A stretch of DNA of 56,230 nucleotides, counting the filler, from Squatina squatina (Eukaryota), in NCBI GenBank assembly GCA_031763465.1. It is 3 parts of 2 records of this genome, joined end to end, with 100 filler letters (N's around TTAATTAATTAA, not from the genome) between each part and the next. Parts side by side here need not be neighbours in the genome. Positions count along the whole stretch, not along the records: positions 1 to 17,248 come from JARFOE010000233.1; positions 17,349 to 42,702 come from JARFOE010000068.1; 1 more part is not named here. The stretch is one strand, 5' to 3'. The notes under the pieces were generated by a model. The model saw nothing but the letters and a program-made list of their open reading frames with translations, searched no databases and was not told the origin of the DNA. The translations under genes and the position numbers were made by a program. Of this stretch, positions 12,805-24,255 are shown piece by piece (positions within the stretch are counted from its first letter, which is position 1; every line of letters begins with the position of its first letter).

Positions 12805-14050
12805 TGTTATACAGATTAACAGGGTTGGATAATAGATCTGCTGAAGTGTAAAAATTTGTTGCAGGGGATTTTTTAAGTGTTACTGTTCTGGCTATTAAGG
12901 TTGGCTCCTCAATATTATCACTATACAAAAATGGAGTAACATTGTTTTTTACAAAAGGCTGCATAAATGCTTCCTTTCTTTCTCCATTTCCAGTGACGTC
13001 TTCTTCATCCGAACTACCTACAAGAGGAATCCAGAAATATTTATCCCCATTCAGTGCATCCACATCACCAATCACAGAATGGCAGTTTTCATCTGCAGAA
13101 AACTCTAATTGAGTTACCTGCACTTTACTTTCCCCTGCACCTTTAATTTTCCAGTTGTTATTTGAAACATTATCTATGTATGCATTTCCTTGTTCAGGAG
13201 AGCTTCTTTCCCAAATACTATTAGGCCCAATGTGGTCCTTGCTTGAAAAGCCAGTATCTGCTAATATACATTGTTCCTGCTCTTCACTCAGGCTGGTAGC
13301 TAAGCAAGAATTCTGAACCAATGTCCTATTTGTTCTTAATAAATCAAGTGAACTACAACTATCATAAGATCTGGAAGTATCTGCACAGTAATGAGAACCA
13401 TCCAATCTGCTGTTGAGAGGACCAGTGTAGATACTTCTATCAGTATCCCAAGACCAGTTCAAAGTAATTGGCTGTTCGGTGTCAGGATTCACACGGCTCA
13501 CAACCATTTCTTTCTCATTTAATGGACTAGCTTTTTGACACACTCGGGTGTTCATAATCTCCTCACTGTTTTTGAGGATTTTCTGAGCCCAGCTTAGAAC
13601 ATGCCTGAGCTTTTGGATCTCTGATACAGTGGGATTCTCCAGTAAATTATAATCTGGCTTTGGTGAAGAAGCAGTTGTTTCATCACTCTTAGAAAACATC
13701 AATGATGGTTCTAAATCTGTATGATGGGCCTTCTGTGTATCCTGAACTCTTGTATGTTGAACTGATTGATTGAAATCAAGAGTTTTTTCTATTAAGGAAT
13801 CTTTTTGCTCAGCATTTTCCACATTTTGTCTTAGTGGGTCGCTCACTTTGTGATCAAAGCTTCCTCGTGTGTCATGAGCTTCCAAACTGCCAACAGATGT
13901 AGATGTATTTGTGCAGTTATGGTTAGAGTCTACAAAGTAAGCTAAACGCTTTGCTCGAAGAGTCTTCAGCTCATGGGTGCGAGGAGTGTCTGTTTGTAAG
14001 ATGGTCTCATCATTTAAATGCTTTGAAGTTCTTGCAGCTGAAGAGTTATT
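12805..14050 (-). CDS. Large internal coding exon (>=415 aa, truncated by gap) of an unidentified Ser/Asn/acidic, probably disordered protein
   Basis: Acceptor tctaatatcttacag| at 14051-14052 in phase 0, then a stop-free frame NNSSAARTSKH...HELKTLRAKRLAYFVDS...EIQKLRHVLSWAQKIL...DKYFWIPLVGSSDEED...NPVNLYN to the gap. This extends ORF 12545-13885 by 55 codons. Confidence 0.85.
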
Positions 14051-14195
14051 CTGTAAGATATTAGAAATAATTTTATAGACAATAACAAATAGAAANNNNN
14101 NNNNNNNNNNNNNNNNNNNNNNNNNNNNNNNNNNNNNNNNNNNNNNNNNNNNNNNNNNNNNNNNNNNNNNNNNNNNNNNNNNNNNNNNNNNNNNN

Positions 14196-14285
14196 CTGCC
14201 ATTTCCTTGTTCCCCATTATAAATTCTCCTATTTCTGACTGCAGGGGACCTACATTTGTCTTCACTAATCTTTTTTCTTTTTAAA
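14196..14285 (-). mobile_element. CR1 ORF2 fragment
   Basis: KTNVGPLQSEIGEFIMGNKEMA; the same motif occurs at 43870-43935. Confidence 0.7.
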
Positions 14286-14291
14286 TACTTG

Positions 14292-14416
14292 TATCTGTGG
14301 AAAGAGAAACGGAGTTAAATTGTCAGATTTCCGTTCTGAAGAAAGGTCATCTACCTTGAAACTTTAACACTCTTTCTCTAACTTGCTGAGTATTTCCAGC
14401 ATTTTCTGTTTTTGTT
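14292..14416. mobile_element. Penelope-like terminal repeat remnant with a degenerate minimal hammerhead core
   Basis: Partial inverted arms (aaagagaaacggagttaa / ttaacactctttctc) flank CTGAAGA-aaggt-catct-acctt-GAAAC, followed by gctgagtatttccagcattttctgtttt. Confidence 0.6.
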
Positions 14417-16974
14417 TAATACCAAAGTAAAATTCATCTTTCAATAATCATGAGCAGAATATTCCCAGATAAAAATGTTTGAGTTCTGTGGATAAGCTGT
14501 AACTACATTACTGTGTCAGTGATCGGAAGTAATAAAGCTTTTTTTTTAAAAAAAAAAGGGATACTTTTCATTTTCCCAATCTGCTCAGGTTTTCCTGACC
14601 ATATAGAGAAATATGTCTTGGGATAATAAATTTAAAGGACAATGGGAGTAAAGTACTTGATTCCACCTGTAGCTTCCAAAAGACCATGTGTATATGGGTG
14701 CAGTTTCAGTCGTACTGACTTTCAAAAGCTTCAGTACCATTTTTCTTTTTTGTTCTCTTTCTCTTTGCCGCCGCCACCGCGCCCCCCCCCGCCCCCCCCC
14801 AATCTGCATCATTGATGAAAATGGGTGACTTGGCCTGATTTATCCAACTGTATATTAAAGATGGTAAGCCATATTGCCTTCCAGCATAGTGTTAGTTTGT
14901 CTGATCCATGGAGCTGGGAACTTGTTCAATTTCTTTCTGAATCCTGAGGAACAGGGAATCCTAGCTGGGAGAGTGTTTCAGTAATAATTACTCAAGTTTA
15001 CTGTTGCATTATTTTTGACGGCAGTGTATTTCCATTGGATGGCTATCTCACAGATATCTTTTTAGAAAAGGGAGGAACTGTTTGTTGCATTTGTAACTAA
15101 CTTCAATTTTTTCACCTTTTTGTTGAACTGTATTTAAGTATTGAATATTTTGCATTGGTTTAACTTCTGAAGATTTTGGACATCCCACACATCCCATTTT
15201 GATTGAGTCCACGTGTGTTTATCTGCTCGCCTTAGGAAATATTTGTTTATTCTTTTTCCTTCTCTGTTGCAGTATACTTAGGCAAAATCAATTTGAATCC
15301 TCAATTACCTATTCTGCCCAAAAATCGGTTGTTACTTGGGTACTGTATAGATTTATGGACAGTATTGTTCGAAGCAAGTTAACAAAACATCATCAGATTT
15401 TGTTGTGAAGATCACAGAGCAGACTGCAAGGATATGGTGGTACTTATCTTTTCACACCTGTCTTGCATTGCTATTCAGAGGGGTGTCCAGGTGGAATGCC
15501 CAAGACTGTCTTTGGAGTGACCTTAGTCTGGGCGCCTAACTGACCAAACCACAGGAAAAAATGGTGGCAGGGCTGCAAAGACACCCTCCTGCCTCGTATT
15601 GCAGGCATAGGCCATGCTCTGCCTATCTGGAGAAGTCTTGGGAACCTTGGAGCAACCCAGTATTATGGACCTTGGGGCCCCCACCCTCCCCTTCCTTTTC
15701 ATGACTTTTACAACCCTTTGCATTACCTGGAGCTAATTCCTAGTCAGCAAGAATGTTCTTTGCTTTTGAGATAGCTTAAATACTGGAAACCATTGCCCAG
15801 CAATAGGAATATAATTTTCTGTATTCAAGCATCATAGGGCAAGAGAATGGTAGCCTTGTTTGAAGGCCAGCAATCTATTCATAAAATGCAAAAAAATTAA
15901 TCTTGGTTAGTCAGAGGATGTATTTGCCAGCCATTGAAAGCTTTTATTATACACTGTTTCTTTGTATCAACCATTTGCAGCACAGAAAATTGATTGTTCA
16001 ATACAGTATGCATTCTAACTGTTAAGTTGAAAAAGTTTGTTTTAAAGCACATGGGCAATAAACCCTGGAAGAGGTTAAGGAGTAGCCTTTTGCAGAATTT
16101 GTAGGCGCTCATTTTTTTAACATATAAATATGAAATGCCAACCTTTTCAAAGTTTATTAGCCTAATATTACAGACATTTTTCCTGTCTGATTGAATGTAT
16201 TATGGTAAATATCCTTCATCTTTCCCAGAGTTGTGTTTATAAAGACAGGCCAAACAACAGTTAGTTATGAACTACTCCTACTTACACAGCAAATCACAGC
16301 AAGAACACCACAATGTGAACATGCATTCTATCTCTGCTATCCACCTCAGTTCTTAACTATTTCACAAAAATGATCCCCATGTACGTATTTTTTCACTGTT
16401 TGTATAACTTTCGTTAATGATATGAGTCAGTGAATGAAAACAAAATTACAAGTCTGTCAAAGCTTTAAGAGCAAACAATCCATGACGAATGCAATAATGT
16501 AATGACATTACCGATTGTATACTTCTCCATTAACAAAGCTGACTAAATCTCCTTGCACTGTACCAGATTCAAATACCAGTTTAAGGTTTACTTAATTCTT
16601 GCCTCACTTTCGGCCAACGCAGGGTGCTTCTAAGAATCGATAGAATACCAGCTAAGACAACAGGGCTGGTTGCACCATATCAACGACTGCTATCATTGGT
16701 ATTCCCCAATAGAACAGACCAACAGAGATTGAAACTGACCCAAACAATTCTAGGATCAGACAGTGGAACAAGAATCTCAAACTGACAACCTTTTGGTTGG
16801 GGTTAAGCAGACAGCTGTGTAAGCTAGCAGACCACTTAGAGAGTATTATACTGCTGACACCAGCTTAAGGTGTGTCCCTGTGTTTGGGGATGAGGAGGAA
16901 GTGGTGTTGCTGAGTCTTCATGTTGGCCCTGCATTGCTCTCTGCATTGGCTAGGAAAGACTACATAGGATTACA

Positions 16975-17248
16975 CAGGATTCCATACATAGGATATACGG
17001 CAGAGAAATAGGCCATTCGGCCCAAGCAGTCCATACCAACGTTTATGCTCCACTCGAGCCACCTTCTGTCTTTCCTCATCTAAAACTATCGGCATATCTC
17101 TCTATTCCCTTCTCCCTCATATGCTTGTCTAATCTCGCCCTAGATGCATCTATAATATTAGCTTCAACCACTCCCTGTGGTAGCGAGTTCCACATTCTCA
17201 CCACTCTCTGGGTAAAGAAGTTTATTCTGAATTCCCTATTGGATTTCT
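16975..17248 (-). mobile_element. CR1 LINE 3' end
   Basis: ggccattcggccc tail and gagttccacattctcaccactctctggg, which encodes FFTQRVVRMWNSL on the minus strand. Confidence 0.8.
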
Positions 17249-17348
17249 NNNNNNNNNNNNNNNNNNNNNNNNNNNNNNNNNNNNNNNNNNNNTTAATTAA
17301 TTAANNNNNNNNNNNNNNNNNNNNNNNNNNNNNNNNNNNNNNNNNNNN
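17249..17348. other. Synthetic scaffold-joining spacer (N44-TTAATTAATTAA-N44)
   Basis: A 12-mer with stops in all six frames is centred in a 100-nt gap; an identical construct sits at 42703-42802. Confidence 0.95.
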
Positions 17349-19190
17349 TGTTAGAAAGAATTGATGGGATTGATGTGAAGAAATTATTTCCTCGAGTGGG
17401 AGAATTAAGAACAAGGGGACATAATCGTAAAATTAGAGCCAGACCATTCAGGAGCGAAATCAGGAAGCACTTTTTCACACAAATCTGGAACTTTCTCTCC
17501 CAAAAGGCAATTCGAGCTTTCAATAGATTATCGTTATGTTCTTCGGAACAGGAGAAGACAATTCAGCTCCTTGAGCCTGTTCCACCATTCAATGAGATCA
17601 TGGCTGATTTAGCAATCTAACTCCATATACCCGTCTTAGCTCCATATCCCTTAATACCCTTGACTCGCAAAAATCTATCGATCTCCGATTTAAAATTATT
17701 AATTGAGCTAGCATCTACTGCTTTTTTTTGTGGGAGAGAATGCCGCACTTCTACCACCCGCTGTTTGAAGAAGTGTTTCCTAACTTCTCTCCTGAATGTC
17801 CTGGTTCTGATTTTAAGGGTCTGCCCCCTTGTCCTAGACTTCCCCCACCAATGGAAAAAGTTTCTCTCTATCTACCCTGTTAAATTCCTTTCAGAATTCT
17901 AAAAGCCTCAATCAAATCATCCCTTGACCTTTCATATTCCAGGAAATACAGGCTTGATGCAAGGGTATCAAGGGATATGAAGCAAAGGCAGGAAAATGGA
18001 GTTGAGGTGCAGATCAGTCATGACCTAACTGAATCAGGCTTGAGGGGCTGAATGACTGATGCTTGTTCCTGTGTAACATTGCATTATCAGTACTTTACTG
18101 TTCCAAGCTTTTATCTGCAGTTCAGTGTCAAGAAATAAAATATACACAATGTATTATAAAGGGATATTATGCTGATGACTTTCACTTCTGTGAAAGACCG
18201 ATAACTCATGGGTACCATACTATCAGTCTCCATTTCTCATGTGTTAGAGATGCATGTTAGATATTTCCGTGCTCTAAACGTTGGAGGGCTGAGTTAAAAA
18301 GATTTTTGTTTATTCTCTATTTCTCCTGCCGAGCCGCCATTTCCCAGTCTNNNNNNNNNNNNNNNNNNNNNNNNNNNNNNNNNNNNNNNNNNNNNNNNNN
18401 NNNNNNNNNNNNNNNNNNNNNNNNNNNNNNNNNNNNNNNNNNNNNNNNNNATATTCGACGAAGTTCAGCTTCCTCGGCACTCTGTGGCACAGAGGATGTC
18501 CTCGAACATGAAACAAAGAAAGTTAGCCTGCAGGTGCTGCAATATTTATGCAGGGAGGTGATATATTAGCCTTTATTGCAAGGGGATTGTAGTGTAAACG
18601 AATGGAAGTCTTGCTACAATGGTATAGGGCGATGGTAACAGCACAGCTACAATACTGCAGACAGTCTTCCTCTCCTTATTTAAGGATGGATGTACTTGCA
18701 TTGAAGGCAATTCAGGAAAAGTTAACTCGATTGATTCTTAGGATGAAGGGATTCTCTTGTGAGGAGTGGTCCAGCAATTATGGTCCATACCCATTTAAGT
18801 TTCCAAGAATGAGAGGTGATCTTAATGTTCTTTCTGAAATATATAAGATTCTGAATGGGGCTTGACAGCTCACATGTTGAGAGGATGTTTAAACTTACTG
18901 GGGAATATCGAACCAAGGGATAGATTTTAGTTCGAAGGGTTTGGCATTTTAAGACAGAGATAACGAGATTTTTTTTTCTTTTAGAGTGTCCTGAAACCTT
19001 GCAATTCTTTACTCCAGGGATCTGAATATGCTGATTCATGGAATAAAATCAAAGTTGAGATCGACAGATTTTTATTGACAGGGAACTCAAGATTTATGGG
19101 GAACAGGAGGAAAGTGGACAGAGGCCAAGGTGGGATCAGCGATGATCTTATTGACTGACGGAGCAGGCTCGAGGGGTCGAATCACCTGAT
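17349..19190. mobile_element. Cluster of CR1 3' fragments in both orientations
   Basis: LFPRVGELRTRGH...HFFTQ (+, 17375-17520), 3' tail (-, 17545-17950), EVLLQWYRAMV...YLRMDVLAL (+, 18520-19190). Confidence 0.8.
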
Positions 19191-19194
19191 GCTT

Positions 19195-19400
19195 CTTTCT
19201 TTCATTCTTGTTTTTTTTTTTCTTTCACTCTCCTTCCAATCTTCATTTCTTCCTCGTTATCATTCTTCCCGTCGTTCTTTCTTGCTTTTCTCATCTTGTT
19301 CCTTCTTTCTATCATAATTTCTTCCTTTTTTCTTTCGTTTTACAGTCTTTATGTGTTACTTTCCTCAATGTTTCTTGCTTTTATCTTTTTTCCTTGAAGT
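19195..19400. repeat. Pyrimidine-rich low-complexity tract
   Basis: Nearly all T/C; a decayed (TTTC)n. Confidence 0.8.
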
Positions 19401-19589
19401 TTTGAAGTTGAGAAGGTCCCACTTGCACCAATTTCAACCATACAGTGCAGTACTGTGCGGACGGCAGCAGATGGAGCAGCTGAGCAATAAAGCACAGCGG
19501 CTGCAGGCGAAAACTTTTCAAGCAGGTGTTGTAATACTGCTGAGCGGCCAGAGGAGGGAGTTGCACAATCATCGCAGCACAGGAAATTC

Positions 19590-20539
19590 GAAAATGGGGG
19601 AAGTTGTCGGCCATTCAGCCCTTCGAGCCTGTTCCACCATTCAATCTGTTCAGGGTCCATTCTCTATCTCAAAACCAAATCCCCACATCTCTTGGTCCTT
19701 TCAATATTAAAAATCTATCTATCTCCCTCTTGAATATATTAATTCATTTGACATCCACAGCATTCTGTGGTCGAGAAATCATTCGGTTCACCAAACTGAG
19801 TGAAGGAATTTCTCCTGCTATCAGTCCTAAAAGACCTATCCGGAATACTGAGACTATTACCCCTGGTTCTAGCATCAAAAACCAGGGGAAACATTCTCCC
19901 ATCATCCAGTCTGTCTAGCCCAGTCTGAATGTTAAACGTTTCTATGAGATCCCATCTCATTCTTCTAAACTCTCGTGGATGCAGGCCGAGTCGACACAAT
20001 ATTTCATTACACGACAGCCCTGCCATTCCAAAAATCTGTCTGGAGACGCTTCACTGTACTCCCTCTCAGGCAAGTCTAACCATTCTTAGGAAAGGAGATC
20101 AAAATTGTACACAATACTCAAGGTGTGGTCTCACCAAGGCCCTGTATAACTGCAGTAAATACCCTTGCTCCTGTACCCAAATCCACTTGCAGGTAAGGCC
20201 AACATACCATTAGACTTCCCTGCAGCATGGTGCACCTGCCTGTTTGCTTTCAATGACTTCTGCACAAAGAAACCCAGGTCACTTTTAATTCAACCTTTCC
20301 CAATCTATCACTATTTAAATAAAACTCTGCAATGCTGCTCTTCCTACATAAGATGATAACTTCACGTTTATCCACGTAATGCTGCATATGCCATGAATTT
20401 GCCGACTCAATCAACTTGTCTAATTCGACTGAAAGCCTCTTTGCATCCTCCTCACAACTCACTTTCCCGCCTGGTTTATTGTTGTCAGCAAACTTGGAAG
20501 TGTTCTGTTTGGTCCCTTCATCCAAATCATGGATAGATT

Positions 20540-20578
<39 letters not shown>

Positions 20579-20955
20579 GTGGAATTGCTGTGGCCCAAAC
20601 ACTGAACCCTGATCACTGCGTTACCCCACTAGTCACAGCCTGCCACCCCGGATTCCCACTCTCTGTTTGCTGTTTGTTGAACAATTGTCAATTCATACCT
20701 GTATATTACCCCAATCCCATGTGCTCTGATTTTGCTCACTAAGCCCTTATGCGAGACTTCATCAAAATACAAATAAACCAGACCCACTGGTTCTCCCTGG
20801 ACTATTGTACCACTTATATCCTCAAAGAAACTCCAGCATGTTCAGCAAAAAATACTTTCCTTTCAGAAATCCAAGCTGACTTTTTCGCATTTCGTTGATA
20901 TTTTCGTAGTGTCCTGTTATCACATCCTTTATAATAGGCCCTGGCATTTTGAGGG
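19590..20955 (-). mobile_element. CR1 LINE ORF2 (RT) remnant with an internal (AT)n(GT)n microsatellite at ~20540-20578
   Basis: SKFADNNKPGGKVSCEEDAKRL, AGLSCNEILCRLGLH...FRRMRWDLIETF, QLGFLKGK..LLNMLEF. Confidence 0.85.
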
Positions 20956-21429
20956 AGGTCCAAGATTTTGACGCAGTGATGACTAAGTGACAGTGATACA
21001 CGTCCAATTCATGATGGTGTGGGACTTGGATGGGCACTTGGAGGTGGTACTGTTCCGAGGCGTATGCTGTCCTTGTCCTACTAGATGGTAGATGGCGTGG
21101 GTTTGGGAGGTGTTGCAAAGGAAGCCTTGGCGAGCTGCTGCAGTGCATCTTGTAGATGGTCTCACTGCAGACACAGTGCGCTGCTGGTGCAGGGAGTGAA
21201 TGATTAAGGTCGCGTAAACGGTGCCCATCAAGCAGACTGCTGTGCCCGGGATGGTGTCGAGCCTCTTGAGTGTTTTGCAGCTGCAGTGATCCAGGCAAGT
21301 GGAATGTATTCCATCACGCTCCTGACTTGTGCCTTGCAGATGGTGAAAAGGCTTTGCTGATTGAGAAGATCTTACACGCGAAGCAGGATACCCAGCCTCT
21401 GAGCCACTGTTATCGCTGCAGTATTTATA

Positions 21430-22065
21430 TAGAAACATAGAACATAGAAAAGTAGGTGCAGGAGTAGGCCATTTGGCCCTTCGAGCTTGCACCATCATTC
21501 AACACGATCATGGCTGATCGTTCAACTCATTAGCCAGTAGCTGCTATCTCTCCATACTCCTTGATCCCCCTTGCCATAAGGGCCACGTCTAACTCCCTTT
21601 TGAGTTTTGCTAATGAACTGGCCTCAACAGCTTCCTGTGGCAGATAGTTCCACAGGTTCACCACTCTCTGGCTGAAATAGTTTTTCATCATCTCGGCCCT
21701 AAATGGCTTCCCCCTTATCCTCAAACTGTGACCCCTGGTTCTGGACTCCTCCAACATCGGGAACATTCTTCCTGCATCTAGCCTGTCCAATCCATTTAGA
21801 ATTTTACATGTTTCTATACGATTCCCACTCATTCTATTAAATTCCAGTTAATATAAGCCCAGTTGATCCTATCTTTCTTCATGTGGCAGTCCTGCCATCC
21901 CGGGAATCAATCTGGTGAACCTTGGCCGCACTCCCTCAATAGCAAGAATGTCCTTCCTCAGATTAGGAGACCAAAACTGCACACAATAATCCAGGTGTGG
22001 TCTCAGCAAGGCCCTGTACAACAGCAGTAGGACCTCCCTGCTCCTATACTCAAATCCTCTTGCTT
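21430..22065 (-). mobile_element. CR1 LINE 3' portion inserted into the older LINE
   Basis: ARGFEYRSREVLLLLYRALLRPHLDYCVQFWSPNLRKDILAIEGV running through to the 3' tail. Confidence 0.9.
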
Positions 22066-22349
22066 TGACTGGTCCAATTAAGTTTATGGTCAATGTTGAA
22101 CCCAGGAAGTTGATGGTGGGGGGAATGTAGCGATGGAATTGCCAATGAATTATCTTGCGGTAGTGGTGAGACTCTTGCTTGTTGGAGACAATCATTACCT
22201 GGCACTTGTGTGGCGCGAACGTTACTTGCCACTTATTCGCCCAAGGTTGCATGCTGTCCAGGTCTGTCTGCATGCAGGCATGGAACTCTTCACTATCTGA
22301 GGCGTTGCCAATGGCAGTGAAAATATGCAGCAATCAGTGAACAACAACG

Positions 22350-22830
22350 AAACACAGGAACATAGAAAAATAGGAGCAGGAGTCGGCCATTCGGCATTTC
22401 GAGCCTGCCCCCCCGGTTCAATATGATCATGAGAGATCATCCAAATTCACTACCCTGTTCCTGCTTTCTCCACATATCCCTCGATCCCCCTAACCCTAAC
22501 CCTAACCCCCTTGTCAGAAGAGCTATATCTAACTCCTTATTCAATGTATTAAATGATTCGGCCTCAACTACCATCTGTGGCAGAGAATTCCACAGGCTCG
22601 CCTCTGGGTGAAGAAATGTCTCCTCATCTCAATCCTGAATGGCTCACCACATATCCTTATACAGTGTCCCCTGGTTAAGGTCTTCCCGGCCATCGGGTAC
22701 ATCCTTTCCACATCAAGCCTGTCCAGTCGAATTAGTATTTTATAGGTTTGGGTGAGACCCCCTCTCACGCTTCAAATCACCAGCGGATATAAGTCCCCCA
22801 ATTGACCCAGCGTGTCTTCATACGTCAGTC
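22350..22830 (-). mobile_element. CR1 LINE 3' portion
   Basis: RGGLTQTYKILIRLDRLDVERMYP plus the 3' tail. Confidence 0.85.
22488..22510 (-). repeat. Short interstitial telomeric repeat (TTAGGG)3
   Basis: ccctaaccctaaccctaaccccc on plus, absent from homologous CR1 tails elsewhere in the window. Confidence 0.75.
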
Positions 22831-23539
22831 CTGACAACCCCACTTCTGACTACATGATGGATGGTAGATCATTGATGAAGCAGCTGGGCTTTGGTAACTG
22901 CCCTGAGGAACTCTGGCAGAAATATTCTGAGGCGGTGATGAATGACATGCAATCACGACAGCCATCTTCCTTTCTATGACTCCAATCATTGGAGAGTTTT
23001 CGCCTTGGTTCCCATTGACTTCAGTTTTGCCCGGGCTACTTGAGGCCACACTCGATCAAATGTTGCTTTGATGTCAAGGACATTCACTCTGATCTCACAT
23101 CTGGAATTCAGCTCTTTTGTCCATGATTGGACCAAGGCTCCAATAAAGTTGGGGGCTAAGTTGACCTGGTGGAACCCAATCTGGGCGGGTGAGCAGGTTA
23201 TTGGTGAGCAAGTGTAGCTTGATAGCACTATATACAAAAACTTCCATCAGTTTGCTGATGATTGAGAATGGACTAACGGGGCAGTAATTGGCTGGATTGG
23301 AGTTGTCCTGCTTTTGTGGACCTGGTCTGTTTTCCAAATTATCGGATGGACGCCAGTGTTGCAGCTGTCTGGAACATATTAGCAAGAAATCTGGCTACCT
23401 CTGGGGCACAAGTCTTCTGGACGATAGATGTGATATTTTCAGGGTCCATTGCCTGTGTTGCATCCAGTGTGCTCAGCTGTTTATTGATGCCAGGAGGAGT
23501 GAATCGAGTTGACTGGAGACTAGCCTCTGTGATAGAAGC

Positions 23540-24255
23540 AAGAAACATAGAAAATAGGAACAGGAACAGGCAATGCGGCCCTTCCGCCCTACTGCGACAT
23601 CCAATAGGATCATGGCTGACCCTCCAGCTCAGTCCCACATTCCAACTGTCTCCCCATGTCCCTTGATGCCTTTAGTATCATCAAAGATATTCTACTTGAA
23701 GAATATATTCACAGAGTGCCACACATTGAATACCTCTGAGTGAAGAGAATGCTCCTCATCTCAGTTCAGTCTTAAATGGCATACACCCTATCCTGAGATT
23801 GTTATCCCTGTTTCCAGACTCCCAAGCCAGGGAAAACATCCTCCCTGCATCTAATCTGTGCAGTTCTCTCAGAATGTTATAAGTTTCAATGTGATTCCTT
23901 CTTGTTTTTCGAGACTCTGGTGAATTCAGGCGCAATTGACTAAATCTTTCTTTGTCTGACATTCCTGCGCTCCCAAGAATCAGTCTGGTGAACATTCCCT
24001 GCACTCCCTCCATGGCAAGCTGTTGCTTCCTCAGATAGGAAGACGGAAACGGCACACAATGCTCCAGGTGTCGTCTCAACAAGACCCGATATAATTGAAG
24101 GGACACAGCCCTGATCCTCTACTCAAATCCTCCCACAGTGAAGGGCAAAATACCATTTGCCTTCCGAGCTGCTTGCTGCTCCTGTATGTTAGCTTTCCGT
24201 CGCTGTTGTACAAGGATATCCAGCTCTCTTTGCACCTCCACATTTCCCAATCTAT
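23540..24255 (-). mobile_element. CR1 LINE 3' portion
   Basis: LQLYRVLLRRHLEHCV...IETYNILRELHRLDAGRMF plus the tail. Confidence 0.85.

Noticed and set aside
17293-17304. TTAATTAATTAA as a biological palindrome or piggyBac target
   Set aside because: It is centred in N runs twice with identical geometry, so it is a synthetic spacer.
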